A model generated the notes under the pieces. It made no database searches and was not told the origin of the DNA. It saw nothing but the letters and a program-made list of their open reading frames with translations. DNA of 63,787 nt, the filler included, from Octopus bimaculoides (lineage: Eukaryota), in assembly GCF_001194135.2 (NCBI RefSeq). It is 5 parts of 5 records of this genome, joined end to end, with 100 filler letters (N's around TTAATTAATTAA, not from the genome) between each part and the next. Parts side by side here need not be neighbours in the genome. Positions count along the whole stretch, not along the records: positions 24,713 to 47,934 come from NC_069000.1; 4 more parts are not named here. The stretch is one strand, 5' to 3'. Positions 27,829 through 41,386 of the stretch are shown one piece after another (positions within the stretch are counted from its first letter, which is position 1; every line of letters starts with the position of its first letter). A program made the position numbers and the translations under genes.

Positions 27829-27970
27829 GTGATTAGAAAGAATGTCATAGAAAGAATTGTGAGATGGATTCTTCAAGCAAAGCCAAACGGCAGGAGACCA
27901 AGGAGTACACTGAGAACAAGATGGTTGGACAATATCCATCGTCTCGGTCCTTCTTGGGCATGGGTCTGAG
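27829..27970 (+). mobile_element. RTE-like LINE ORF2 C-terminal fragment
   Basis: VIRKNVIERIVRWILQAKPNGRRPRSTLRTRWLDNIHRLG resembles the RTE GKRPRGRPRTRWxDxI motif. Confidence 0.7.
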
Positions 27971-28099
27971 AACAGGAGGTACAGAGGGTGCAAGTGCAAT
28001 TTCAGGTAAGTTCACCACCATCAATTCACCTGGAGGGAAATTTCTCCATGAGGAAAGTTTACCAGTAAAATACATCTATATTATCTCACTATTTACAGT

Positions 28100-28508
28100 T
28101 ACTCTTTTACTCTTTTACTTGTTTCAGTCATTTGACTGTGGCCATGCTGGAGCACCGCCTTTAGTCGAGCAAATCGATCCTAGGACTTATTCTTTGGAAG
28201 CCTAGTACTTATTCTATCGTTCTCTTTTGCCGAACCGCTAAGTTACGGGGACGTAAACACACCAGCATCGGTTGTCAAGCGATGTTGGGGGGGACAAACA
28301 CAGACACACAAACATACACACACTTAGATATATATATATATACATATATACGACGGGCTTCTTTCAGTTTCCGTCTACCAAATCCACTCACAAGGCTTTG
28401 GTCGGCCCGAGGCTATAGTAGAAGACACTTGCCCTAGGTGCCACGCAGTGGGACTGAACCTGGAACCATGTGGTTCGTAAGCAAGCTACTTACCACACAG
28501 CCACTCCT
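28100..28508 (-). mobile_element. SINE family A, complete tRNA-derived copy
   Basis: Head aggagtggctgtgtggtaag with A-box-like TGGCTGTGTGG and B-box-like GGTTCAGTCC; core ggcacctagggcaagtgtcttc; internal (TA/TG)n; tail gactgaaacaagtaaaagagtaaaagagt. Confidence 0.92.
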
Positions 28509-28734
28509 ATGCTTAAAAAAACTATTTTACTCCAGTTTACTCAGCTGTAGAAATGAGTTGTGATGTCACTGGTGCCAAGCTGTATCGGCCTTTGCCTTTC
28601 CCTTGGATAACATGGGTGACTGCTGGTCTTCCATAATCAACCTTGCCTGGAATTGTGCCTCGGAGGGGAACTCTCTAGGTGCAATCCCACAGTCATTCAT
28701 GACCACAGTAGCTCCTTACCCTCAGGTCTTAGAG

Positions 28735-28900
28735 TAGTGGTTCCCAACCTGTGATCTGCGAACCCCTGGTGGTCTGCAAAGGTAAGTACTAGGGGTCTGT
28801 GAACATGTTAAGCTGATGGACCTTTCAATATTCTGGAGTCCGTGGAAAAACTCATTTAAATATAAGGGGTCCTTGGTAGTGAAAAAGTTGGGAACCACTG
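28735..28900. mobile_element. hAT/Charlie-like MITE (166 bp)
   Basis: TIRs tagtggttcccaac ... gttgggaaccactg; TSD not cleanly preserved. Confidence 0.8.
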
Positions 28901-29959
28901 TCAGAGGGAATGTTCTGCCTGGGTGTGTTCTGGTCGTTGAGTTAACTTTTCTATATGAATATACATATGCATGATATTGAATGGGTACATAAGAGGCAGC
29001 ATCGAATGAATGTGAAGATGAAGAATGGTAGTGTACAAGAGAATATGAGCTTGGAAAGAGATTGGGAAAGCATGAGTTTGTAGCTGGATGTACAATGTTG
29101 TGCCTGTCTGCTGTTAGACGTAGGAAGAATAGCCGGAACAGCAAATGGTAAACTAAAGAAGGAATCAGAGAATTGTACAGCATTGATATAACAGAATGTA
29201 TGTGTGAGTGTGTGTGTGTGTGTGTGATGTTTTTGTGTTTGTGAATATGATGTTTGTGTGTGTATGCATGTGTGTTTGTGTGTGTATGTGTGTGTGTGTT
29301 TGTGTGTTTGTGTATATGACATTTGTGTGCATGTATGTTTGTGTGTGAGTGTATGTATGGGTGTGTGAGTGTGTGTATTTTCATGATGTTTGTGCATATG
29401 TATGTGTGTGTGTCATGTGTGAGTGTGTGTGTATGTGTGTGAGTATGAGTGTAAGTGTATGTGCTGTTTGTGAGTGGTCACTACAAAAGCTAATTGCCTC
29501 ATACTGTGGATATATATCTCAGTATATGTATGTATATGCATGTATATAGACATGTGTGTATGAGTGCATGTGTGTATGTGTGCATGTGTGTGTATGTGTG
29601 CACGCTTGTGTGTGTTAGTGTGCGTGAGATACCACAGTGAAAACTAGTTACCATGTACTGTGTGTGTATGCATGTGTGTGTACACATTCTATTTTTCTGT
29701 TGGTTAAGCACACACACACACATATACACAAGCACACACTCACACATACATGCACAAACGCACACAAATACACTCACAAATGCACATATGTACACACAAA
29801 CACACACTCAGACACTTGCACTCACACACACACATGCATTCATACACACACACACACACACACACACAGATTGCTAACAATGTTTGGTCATAACTAATAT
29901 AATGTTAGTTGCTAAGGAATGGTCAGTTTGACAGAAACTGATCTTTTACATCAATATAT

Positions 29960-30061
29960 TGGTCAGTATGAGACTGGTGGCGATGGTGGTGGCGGGTGAT
30001 GTGGTGGTAGTGGTGATGGCAGTAGTGGCGTGGAGGGTGATTGTGATGGCGGTGGTGGCAT

Positions 30062-30099
<38 letters not shown>

Positions 30100-30495
30100 C
30101 AGTAGCGATAATAATGATGTTTGATGCTGGTGGTTATGGTAGTCATGATGATGATGATGATGATGATTGTGATGGTGGTGATGGTGGTGATGGTGGTGAT
30201 GGTGGTGATGGTGGTGATGGTGGTGGTTGAATGCAGTGATTGTGGATGATGATTATGATGATTGCTGTCAATGGGGACGATGATGATGACGATGATGATG
30301 ATGATGATGATGGTGATGACGACGACGACGATGACAACGATGATGATGATGATGATGATGGTGATGGTGATGACGACGACAACAATGATGATGATGATGA
30401 TGATGATGATGACAACGATGATGATGATGATGATGATGACGACGATGACGACAATGATGATGATGATGATGATGATGGTGATGACGACGACAACA

Positions 30496-30531
<36 letters not shown>

Positions 30532-30663
30532 GTGATGGCGACGACGACGATGACAACGATGATGATGATGATGATGATGGTGATGACGACGACAACAATG
30601 ATGATGATGATGATGATGATGGTGATGATGATGGTGATGACGATGACGACGATGACAACGATG

Positions 30664-30694
<31 letters not shown>

Positions 30695-30698
30695 CGAC

Positions 30699-30730
<32 letters not shown>

Positions 30731-31320
30731 CAACGATGATGATGATGATGATGATGACGACGATGACGACAATGATGATGATGATGATGATGATGGTGAT
30801 GACGACGACGATGACAACGACAATGATGATGATGATGGCGGTAGTGTTTATGCTTCTTACTGGTGGTGATGGTGATGGTGATGATGATGATGACTACGAT
30901 GATAGTAGCTGACGGTTGAAGACAGTGGTGGCAGTGGTAGTGGTAGTTATACTACTTACTTGCAGCGCTGGTGATGGTGATGATGATGATGACTATGGTT
31001 CAAGTTGTAGTGTTTTGTGGTTGATGATGGCTATAAAAATGATGATGGTAGTGGTGGTAGTAGTGCTGGTGGTGGCACTGGTGTTGGTTTAGGTGGTGCT
31101 AGGAATAATGGTTAATTGGGAAAGCATTGGCAGTAGTGATGATGGAGGTGGTGGTAGTAGTAGTCAGAATGGTGATGGTGGTGGTGGTAGTGATGGTTGT
31201 AGTGGTGGTGGTTATGGTAGTGGTTGGAGAGATGGTTGTTGTTGTGGTGGTTGTGGTGGTGGTAGTGGAGATAGTGTTAGTAGTAATAGTAGTAGTAGTA
31301 GCAGCAACAGCAATGGTGAA
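29960..31320. repeat. Compound (GAT/GAC/AAC/GGT/AGT) triplet array
   Basis: Directly visible; purest between 30275 and 30840. Confidence 0.95.
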
Positions 31321-32471
31321 TGGCAAGGATCAGTGGTAAGCCGCAGTGAATGGTTTTTAATGGAGAGGTACTCTCTACTAATCAAATAAATGTGCAGTGA
31401 CTTAATAAACAGGAGGCCTCACACATTCACACATGCTCACTCACACACACACGCACACACACGCACAGATAAACGCATACATATTCACACACATACACAT
31501 ATATGGACAAACACACATTAACACATGCACACATACACACACATACAAACGTGCACATGGCTATTAACGAACACACCTGCTTATTATATTCACACACACC
31601 TGACTATAAACACACACATAGACACACACAGACGCACACACATAAACAAATGCACACACAGAAAGATACTCTTATGCCTGAATACACATTTTTACATAAG
31701 TGCATTATACATACATGTTATTTGCTTTGTGTCAAACAGGCAGAGGTGATTTAACTCATACTTCCAGAAACTCAATGCACCATTGAATCTGAGCAAGAAT
31801 ACAGTTATAATTGGATTCAATATTTGTTTCCCAACCTATTTTCCTACATGTGTATATCTTTCGCATGTTTATGGAACTTAATACACCTGTAATAGCACCA
31901 TTTTGCAATATTGTGTACCCTCCATTACATAAACTAATGTTTGTATTGCAATATATTTTGATTTACATTTGGTGATTATAAACAGAACCAAGAATATCTT
32001 TTCTGGTTGTGCACTTTGTTTATGTAAGGTGACAATGCCCCCCCCCCATCTTATATTTTTACTAATAATAACATTAGTGAAATTATATTACTATTGGGAC
32101 TAAGTCTGGAACTTTTGAGCGAGCTGACATCCTTCATTGTGCCTGGTTCATATTAGTAGCAGAATCTAGTGCTTTGCTATGTTTCTGTTGCTTAAATTTC
32201 TATACTTAGTGAAAGGTATATCATTATTTTTATATGGAAAGAATTTCGAGCTGGCAGAATCGTTAGCACACTGCACTAAATGCTTAGTGGTATTTCATCT
32301 GTCTCAGGGCAGTAAGCGAGCAGAATCGTTAACACTGGGCAAAATGTTTAAAAGCATTTCGTCTGTTTTTACATCCTGAGTTCAAATTCTGCTTGGATCA
32401 GCCAAGATTGTCACAACCAATTCTGCTTGGATCAGCCAAGATTGTCACAACAGAAGCGAATGAATGCACAT

Positions 32472-32519
<48 letters not shown>

Positions 32520-32525
32520 CAATCA

Positions 32526-32742
32526 TGTTGATTTCAAATTTTGCTACAAGGCCTGTAATTTTGCAGGAAGGGGTAAGTTGATTACATCAACCTCAATTCT
32601 CAACTGGTACTTATTTATCGACCCTGAAAGGATGGAAGGCAAAGTTGACCTTGGCAGAATTTGAACTCAGAGCACAAAGCTAGAAGAAATACCACTAAGC
32701 ATTTTGTCTGGCATGCTAACAATTCAGTTAGCTCGCTGCCTT
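32526..32742 (-). mobile_element. SINE family B (tail type B1); partial plus-strand heads nearby at 32250-32395
   Basis: aactggtacttatttatcgaccctgaaaggatggaaggcaaagttgaccttggcagaatttgaactcag. Confidence 0.85.
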
Positions 32743-32759
32743 TCATATAACATTAAGTC

Positions 32760-33200
32760 ATATACATTAAGTCAGTGTGAAATTAAATGTAGTTTTTATC
32801 ATTTGAAACCTTGCTGTTTATTGTCTAACTATATTCATGTGCTAAACCATTTTGAAGAAAAGGTTTTGGTCTATTTATTTATGCCAATGTTTTCTGTTTT
32901 TGCTGTCTATTCTGCTTTGTTTCATGTCATCAAAGTAAGGAGAGAATGAAAAAACAAATGGAAACGAATTTGAATGGCTATATTATATGAGATCAAAGTG
33001 GAGTGCCAAGCAGTAAAAACTATTCACAATATAAACTAAGGTTTTTGCCAGAACACCATCAAAGACTATACAATTCAATACTGGTTCTCAAAATTTTATT
33101 GGGAAGATGAGAGCCTCGATGATGAGAAAGAGTTCAGACTATTTTCTGCAATTAATTTCAAGTAGTTGAGAGCCACTGTTGAAGTGGACCTATATACAAT
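32760..33200 (+). mobile_element. mariner (Hsmar1/cecropia-like) remnant, left end and N-terminal HTH
   Basis: From 32965: RI*MAILYEIKVECQAVKTIHNIN*GFCQNTIKDYTIQYWFSKFYWEDESLDDEK...LRATVEVDLYT, which parallels the mariner transposase N-terminus (FLFEFK...WFKKF..GDESLEDE). Confidence 0.75.
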
Positions 33201-33510
33201 CAGCTTCTTTCAATTGCTGTCTTCAGGTTTATAGACTGAAGACAAGTGGACAGCTGTGGACATATGTTTCTATCTAAATAGGTGTCATAAGTTGTATTTC
33301 TCTTAACTCAATGTTGTTCAATTTATGCAAATTACCTAGGCCATAAATATGTTCTACTCATTTTTGATATAAGTCTATTACCATTGGTTACAAGAGATAA
33401 GGTAGAACAATTGCCGTACTGATGAAGCCTGTTGAGGTAGAAATGCATGACTACAACATGTTTACAACTGACCTCTTGTCTCCAGACTGTCAGCCAATGC
33501 TTTTCTTTAA

Positions 33511-33731
33511 CCCTTTAGCATTTAAACAGATGTATATCCAGCCAAAATATTCAACCTATTTTATGTTTAAACAGGCCAGATCTGGCCTCTCACACCTAAC
33601 CTACAGTGTCATTCCAAAGATAAACAGTCACATTATTGAGATCTCAAAGCTATGAGATAATGCATGATTAATTCAAAACAATGTGAATAAATAAGGATTA
33701 CATTTGATAGAGTAATCTGAATGCTGAAGGA
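33511..33731. mobile_element. piggyBac-type MITE, family P1 (221 bp)
   Basis: ttaa|ccctttagcatt ... aatgctgaagga|ttaa; inverted homolog at 47552. Confidence 0.85.
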
Positions 33732-33774
33732 TTAAAAATAGGATATGAACAATAATATAATCTGAATATACCAA

Positions 33775-34078
33775 AAAGATAATCAGGTTTTCTTTCACAC
33801 ACCTTTATACCTTTTCCCTACCAGAGTTGAGCTTACCATAGAAAAGATGCTTTGACAATCGTTCATCTTTCATTCTAATAACATGTCCAGCCCATCTCAT
33901 TCATGCCAAGATAACATGTGCAAAACTTTTGTATCTGGTATGAAACATTCCCACTTGACTCCCAAGATATGTTTGAGGCATTTTGATGAAATCACTCCAG
34001 CATTTTTATATGATACTTGTAAGTAGTCCACATCTCACTTGAATAAAGAAGTGTGGTCAATGCACACGTTTCATAGAC
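33775..34078 (-). mobile_element. RTE-clade LINE ORF2 3' fragment
   Basis: VYETCALTTLLYSSEMWTTYKYHIKMLE*FHQKCLKHILGVKW and later YGKLNSG. Confidence 0.82.
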
Positions 34079-34101
34079 ACATACATACATACATACATAA
34101 A

Positions 34102-34135
<34 letters not shown>

Positions 34136-34148
34136 CATACATACATGT

Positions 34149-34187
<39 letters not shown>

Positions 34188-34950
34188 NNNNNNNNNNNNN
34201 NNNNNNNNNNNNNNNNNNNNNNNNNNNNNNNNNNNNNNNNNNNNNNNNNNNNNNNNNNNNNNNNNNNNNNNNNNNNNNNNNNNNNNNNNNNNNNNNNNNN
34301 NNNNNNNNNNNNNNNNNNNNNNNNNNNNNNNNNNNNNNNNNNNNNNNNNNNNNNNNNNNNNNNNNNNNNNNNNNNNNNNNNNNNNNNNNNNNNNNNNNNN
34401 NNNNNNNNNNNNNNNNNNNNNNNNNNNNNNNNNNNNNNNNNNNNNNNNNNNNNNNNNNNNNNNNNNNNNNNNNNNNNNNNNNNNNNNNNNNNNNNNNNNN
34501 NNNNNNNNNNNNNNNNNNNNNNNNNNNNNNNNNNNNNNNNNNNNNNNNNNNNNNNNNNNNNNNNNNNNNNNNNNNNNNNNNNNNNNNNNNNNNNNNNNNN
34601 NNNNNNNNNNNNNNNNNNNNNNNNNNNNNNNNNNNNNNNNNNNNNNNNNNNNNNNNNNNNNNNNNNNNNNNNNNNNNNNNNNNNNNNNNNNNNNNNNNNN
34701 NNNNNNNNNNNNNNNNNNNNNNNNNNNNNNNNNNNNNNNNNNNNNNNNNNNNNNNNNNNNNNNNNNNNNNNNNNNNNNNNNNNNNNNNNNNNNNNNNNNN
34801 NNNNNNNNNNNNNNNNNNNNNNNNNNNNNNNNNNNNNNNNNNNNNNNNNNNNNNNNNNNNNNNNNNNNNNNNNNNNNNNNNNNNNNNNNNNNNNNNNNNN
34901 NNNNNNNNNNNNNNNNNNNNNNNNNNNNNNNNNATATATGCACATGTATA

Positions 34951-35826
34951 CAGGGTGCAGTGAATATATTGTTGTCTAAATTACACAAAACTGAAAATAA
35001 CACTGACATCCCATTTTATATTTACCAAAATTACATAAAAATATCTTGAAAGACTAATGAGTAAATTTATTTAATAAAATCGCCATCGGCTTCAATCATG
35101 GCCCCCAGACATCTTTGGAATCTCTTGCAACTCTTCTCGACAAAATGCTGCCATAATCTTTGCCTTTAGTTCATCTTTGGTGTTACAAGGAGTTTTGTTG
35201 GTCTCTCACTCAACTGCACCCCACACATAATAATTAAGGGAGTTGCAGTCTGGGGAGTTAGGTCGCCAGATGTCAAGGGTAATGTGGTTGCAGAAATTGT
35301 CTAACAGCCATGCCTGGGTTCTCCTGTTTGTGTGGCATGGTGCAGAGTCCTATTGCCCGACACAGTGTCATCCAGCAGCCACCATCTTGACCCAGGACAG
35401 CATGACCTCCTCCAGGCACTTGATGTAGGCCTCCTGATTAGGTCTCCATTAAGTCTCTGTGTTGAGTTTGAAGTCGTGCGGGAAGATGAATGGAGGCATA
35501 ATGTCACAATCATTCTAAACACCATGATGTTGACTGGATGTTTGATTTTTATCACTCTCAGTACATCTCATCAGATTGCACTGTCTTCAGATTGAGACGC
35601 AAACACTCTGAAATATTCGTATTGGAGCTTCTGCTGTGAATGTCAAGCAGTATAGCATGTCGCTTCCAAATTTCTTGCAGAGGAAATTGCGTCATGGTGC
35701 TGTTTTTCTTACAGATGGTGCCCATCTGACTCTACTATACTGTGTAATCCACAAACTCAAAAGCAAACAATGCGAATGTGCGAAATTAAAAATATAACAT
35801 AGAAACAATTCACCCATCGCACCCTG
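34951..35826 (-). mobile_element. Tc1/mariner superfamily, maT/DD37D-like element, internally deleted (876 bp)
   Basis: TA|cagggtgc ... gcaccctg|TA ends; ATG at 35695 gives MTQFPLQEIWKRHAILL..NISECLRLNLKTVQ, which jumps to KHPVNIMVF, then WQQD..PCHT, SPDCN, YYVWGAVE and EADGDF. Confidence 0.85.
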
Positions 35827-35845
35827 TATGTATATGCATTACATA

Positions 35846-35888
<43 letters not shown>

Positions 35889-36838
35889 NNNNNNNNNNNN
35901 NNNNNNNNNNNNNNNNNNNNNNNNNNNNNNNNNNNNNNNNNNNNNNNNNNNNNNNNNNNNNNNNNNNNNNNNNNNNNNNNNNNNNNNNNNNNNNNNNNNN
36001 NNNNNNNNNNNNNNNNNNNNNNNNNNNNNNNNNNNNNNNNNNNNNNNNNNNNNNNNNNNNNNNNNNNNNNNNNNNNNNNNNNNNNNNNNNNNNNNNNNNN
36101 NNNNNNNNNNNNNNNNNNNNNNNNNNNNNNNNNNNNNNNNNNNNNNNNNNNNNNNNNNNNNNNNNNNNNNNNNNNNNNNNNNNNNNNNNNNNNNNNNNNN
36201 NNNNNNNNNNNNNNNNNNNNNNNNNNNNNNNNNNNNNNNNNNNNNNNNNNNNNNNNNNNNNNNNNNNNNNNNNNNNNNNNNNNNNNNNNNNNNNNNNNNN
36301 NNNNNNNNNNNNNNNNNNNNNNNNNNNNNNNNNNNNNNNNNNNNNNNNNNNNNNNNNNNNNNNNNNNNNNNNNNNNNNNNNNNNNNNNNNNNNNNNNNNN
36401 NNNNNNNNNNNNNNNNNNNNNNNNNNNNNNNNNNNNNNNNNNNNNNNNNNNNNNNNNNNNNNNNNNNNNNNNNNNNNNNNNNNNNNNNNNNNNNNNNNNN
36501 NNNNNNNNNNNNNNNNNNNNNNNNNNNNNNNNNNNNNNNNNNNNNNNNNNNNNNNNNNNNNNNNNNNNNNNNNNNNNNNNNNNNNNNNNNNNNNNNNNNN
36601 NNNNNNNNNNNNNNNNNNNNNNNNNNNNNNNNNNNNNNNNNNNNNNNNNNNNNNNNNNNNNNNNNNNNNNNNNNNNNNNNNNNNNNNNNNNNNNNNNNNN
36701 NNNNNNNNNNNNNNNNNNNNNNNNNNNNNNNNNNNNNNNNNNNNNNNNNNNNNNNNNNNNNNNNNNNNNNNNNNNNNNNNNNNNNNNNNNNNNNNNNNNN
36801 NNNNNNNNNNNNNNNTATATATGAGTATGTGTGCGTCT

Positions 36839-36869
<31 letters not shown>

Positions 36870-36984
36870 TCTTTTATTTTTTACTTGTTACAGTCATTAG
36901 ACTATTAGACTGTGGCCATGCTGGGAGACACATAACCTTTATTAATAAAGAGGCTATGTGTCTCGTGGCACCAACACCCATCCT

Positions 36985-37108
36985 GATACCGTGTAAGAAA
37001 CACCCAAGCTGGTTCCAGGCAAAAAGCACCTGTACCAGTGTCACATAAAAGACACCCAGTACACGCTCTAAAGTGGTTGGCACTAAGGAAGTGCATCCAG
37101 CCACAGAA
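36985..37108 (+). mobile_element. Family C element body, 3'-truncated
   Basis: cacataaaagacacccagtacacgctctaaagtggttggcactaaggaagtgcatccagcc matches the reverse complement of 58120-58215. Confidence 0.75.
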
Positions 37109-37367
37109 ACCAGTAGTCATCACCTCGGTGAGGCCCAATGTATGAAGGTCTTGCCTCACCACCTCAGCCCAGGTCTTCCTGGGCCTACCTCTTCCACGGG
37201 TTCCCTCAACTGTTAGGGTGTGGCACTTTTTCACGCAGCTATCCTCATCCATTCTCACCACATGTCCATACCAGCGCAATCGTCTCTCTTGTACACCACA
37301 ACTGATGCTTCTAATGTTCAGCTTTTCTCTCAAGATACTTACACTCTGACGGGTATTCACATTGACA
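37109..37367 (-). mobile_element. RTE-clade LINE ORF2 C-terminal fragment
   Basis: LREKLNIRSISCGVQERRLRWYGHVVRMDEDSCVKKC...VEGTRGRGRPRKTWAEVVRQDL. Confidence 0.88.
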
Positions 37368-38071
37368 TNNNNNNNNNNNNNNNNNNNNNNNNNNNNNNNN
37401 NNNNNNNNNNNNNNNNNNNNNNNNNNNNNNNNNNNNNNNNNNNNNNNNNNNNNNNNNNNNNNNNNNNNNNNNNNNNNNNNNNNNNNNNNNNNNNNNNNNN
37501 NNNNNNNNNNNNNNNNNNNNNNNNNNNNNNNNNNNNNNNNNNNNNNNNNNNNNNNNNNNNNNNNNNNNNNNNNNNNNNNNNNNNNNNNNNNNNNNNNNNN
37601 NNNNNNNNNNNNNNNNNNNNNNNNNNNNNNNNNNNNNNNNNNNNNNNNNNNNNNNNNNNNNNNNNNNNNNNNNNNNNNNNNNNNNNNNNNNNNNNNNNNN
37701 NNNNNNNNNNNNNNNNNNNNNNNNNNNNNNNNNNNNNNNNNNNNNNNNNNNNNNNNNNNNNNNNNNNNNNNNNNNNNNNNNNNNNNNNNNNNNNNNNNNN
37801 NNNNNNNNNNNNNNNNNNNNNNNNNNNNNNNNNNNNNNNNNNNNNNNNNNNNNNNNNNNNNNNNNNNNNNNNNNNNNNNNNNNNNNNNNNNNNNNNNNNN
37901 NNNNNNNNNNNNNNNNNNNNNNNNNNNNNNNNNNNNNNNNNNNNNNNNNNNNNNNNNNNNNNNNNNNNNNNNNNNNNNNNNNNNNNNNNNNNNNNNNAGA
38001 GAGAGAGAGAGAGAGAGAGAGAGATAGTTAGATACATAGACAAGCAGATAGCTATATACATATATGTATAA

Positions 38072-38400
38072 CTAGCAGTATAACCCAACCTTGTCCGGGT
38101 GTGACTTATTACGCCATCTACGATAAGTCTTGCTAGGTGAAAATCAACGGAAAAAGAAAACCTTACAACGGAAAAACCCTTATGCTGTAAATATGTTCAT
38201 AATTCAAAGGACGATGAAATTAATAGAGAAAGTCTGAAGGCTGTTTTGCATAACATTATTAAGCATACGATTAGCTCCAAGAGGCCATTGCCTCCAGCTA
38301 GCTATGTGACACACGAACCTGTGTCCATTATAACCTTCGAACAGGGGAGGTCAGCCGCTTCCCCTTGCTGCTCTGGGTTTTACATTGCATCTAGCCACCT
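38072..38400 (-). mobile_element. Helitron-like 3' terminus (5' extent uncertain)
   Basis: Minus strand ends cccggacaaggttgggttatactgCTAG|t: a decayed subterminal hairpin plus CTAG before T. Confidence 0.6.
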
Positions 38401-39668
38401 TTGTTTTTTTTTATAATTTTCACATTACCATTTTGTTGAATCAGCCATTGACTCATAGGTAAATACTATATACTGACAGTTGGGATTTGGGCAAACCAGT
38501 CAGTGATGGAGTGGTCACTAATGATGAGCTTTAATTTCAAGCAAAACTAGAATTCTATTATGGTGGTCTCACTCACTGTGGGGTGGTTATCTCTCCTGTC
38601 AGTACATAGACAATATGCATTTTGTGGCTACAAGGGTCTTTGACTCTTGTTTCTAGCAATGTATGTGCTACCCTGCATCCTCAGTCACTATTAGTGACAA
38701 CTGAAGTTTTCCTTTTTGGTTTTATATTATGTCTAGCCACCTTTGTTATTTTATATTTCCTTCTAATATAGGATAAAATATTTTTCAAAAATTTCATCAA
38801 GTGGCCAGCATATTAAAATACCTTTAAAGGTGAAAATTATAAACAATTATAAATATGGGCAAAAGACAATTTAAAGTCTATTTCTTAGCATATTGGCATA
38901 GAAATGTTTTTTCTTTTGCCCTTATTTATAATTTGTCGTTTCATATATATATATATATANNNNNNNNNNNNNNNNNNNNNNNNNNNNNNNNNNNNNNNNN
39001 NNNNNNNNNNNNNNNNNNNNNNNNNNNNNNNNNNNNNNNNNNNNNNNNNNNNNNNNNNNNNNNNNNNNNNNNNNNNNNNNNNNNNNNNNNNNNNNNNNNN
39101 NNNNNNNNNNNNNNNNNNNNNNNNNNNNNNNNNNNNNNNNNNNNNNNNNNNNNNNNNNNNNNNNNNNNNNNNNNNNNNNNNNNNNNNNNNNNNNNNNNNN
39201 NNNNNNNNNNNNNNNNNNNNNNNNNNNNNNNNNNNNNNNNNNNNNNNNNNNNNNNNNNNNNNNNNNNNNNNNNNNNNNNNNNNNNNNNNNNNNNNNNNNN
39301 NNNNNNNNNNNNNNNNNNNNNNNNNNNNNNNNNNNNNNNNNNNNNNNNNNNNNNNNNNNNNNNNNNNNNNNNNNNNNNNNNNNNNNNNNNNNNNNNNNNN
39401 NNNNNNNNNNNNNNNNNNNNNNNNNNNNNNNNNNNNNNNNNNNNNNNNNNNNNNNNNNNNNNNNNNNNNNNNNNNNNNNNNNNNNNNNNNNNNNNNNNNN
39501 NNNNNNNNNNNNNNNNNNNNNNNNNNNNNNNNNNNNNNNNNNNNNNNNNNNNNNNNNNNNNNNNNNNNNNNNNNNNNNNNNNNNNNNNNNNNNNNNNNNN
39601 NNNNNNNNNNNNNNNNNNNNNNNNNNNNNNNNNNNNNNNNNNNNNNNNNNNNNNNNNNNNNNNNNNNN

Positions 39669-39701
<33 letters not shown>

Positions 39702-40342
39702 TTGTATATAACATGAATATAATAAACTAAATTCTAATGACTTCTCACAAGAAGACTGGATTTGTTGAATCTGTTTAGCAAATTTAGTCAACGAATTGAT
39801 TGGCTGTTATCCTAATGTACTCTTTCAATTTGACTTTATCTTTTCTTTTGATTATAATGAATCCATTTAGCATGCAATGTTAATGGTTTTGATTGGTCAC
39901 TGTGCTAACTGCAGCCTACTGGTAAACAAGCAAGTCTCATATCTCTAGTATGTGCAGTTGATAATGTTTACAACACTATCACTGCTTATAGTTCATAATT
40001 GAATTTAATCCTACATATGCATCATCATGGCATACCAGCAAATAGGGTTTACACTATTTATATATATAGTCATAGAGTGATGATTCAATTTGCCTTCAAT
40101 TCGGTTCTGGTACGTGGTATTGATAAGCCACAAAAAATGGCAAAACATCAATGTCCATTTGCACCTGAATGGGATTTGGGGCAAGTGGTTACCCTTGTCT
40201 ATGACTTGCAGATGATTTAACATCTAGTGCTTTGAGGGAGTCATCTCCACTATATAGACCTGTAGCATACCAGCTAACAAGCAAAACACATACATTGAGT
40301 ATATGCAATCATGAATATATACATATACATACATACATACAT

Positions 40343-40417
<75 letters not shown>

Positions 40418-41351
40418 NNNNNNNNNNNNNNNNNNNNNNNNNNNNNNNNNNNNNNNNNNNNNNNNNNNNNNNNNNNNNNNNNNNNNNNNNNNNNNNNNNN
40501 NNNNNNNNNNNNNNNNNNNNNNNNNNNNNNNNNNNNNNNNNNNNNNNNNNNNNNNNNNNNNNNNNNNNNNNNNNNNNNNNNNNNNNNNNNNNNNNNNNNN
40601 NNNNNNNNNNNNNNNNNNNNNNNNNNNNNNNNNNNNNNNNNNNNNNNNNNNNNNNNNNNNNNNNNNNNNNNNNNNNNNNNNNNNNNNNNNNNNNNNNNNN
40701 NNNNNNNNNNNNNNNNNNNNNNNNNNNNNNNNNNNNNNNNNNNNNNNNNNNNNNNNNNNNNNNNNNNNNNNNNNNNNNNNNNNNNNNNNNNNNNNNNNNN
40801 NNNNNNNNNNNNNNNNNNNNNNNNNNNNNNNNNNNNNNNNNNNNNNNNNNNNNNNNNNNNNNNNNNNNNNNNNNNNNNNNNNNNNNNNNNNNNNNNNNNN
40901 NNNNNNNNNNNNNNNNNNNNNNNNNNNNNNNNNNNNNNNNNNNNNNNNNNNNNNNNNNNNNNNNNNNNNNNNNNNNNNNNNNNNNNNNNNNNNNNNNNNN
41001 NNNNNNNNNNNNNNNNNNNNNNNNNNNNNNNNNNNNNNNNNNNNNNNNNNNNNNNNNNNNNNNNNNNNNNNNNNNNNNNNCATGCATGCATGCATGCATG
41101 CATCCATGCATGCATGCATGCATACATACATACAAACATACATACATACATAGGTACATACATGTATGCATACATACATACATATGTACATACATGTATA
41201 CATACATAGGTACATACATGTATACATACATACATATGTATATATTTATATGAATATTTATATATTTATAATACACACACACACACACATATATACACAA
41301 ATAGGTTGATACTTCTGCATGTATATATATATACACACATTTATATATATG

Positions 41352-41386
<35 letters not shown>

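Noticed and set aside
27864-28007. Plus-strand exon MDSSSKAKRQ... ending at CAG|GTAAGT
   Set aside because: An overlapping frame is better explained as an RTE LINE C-terminal fragment.
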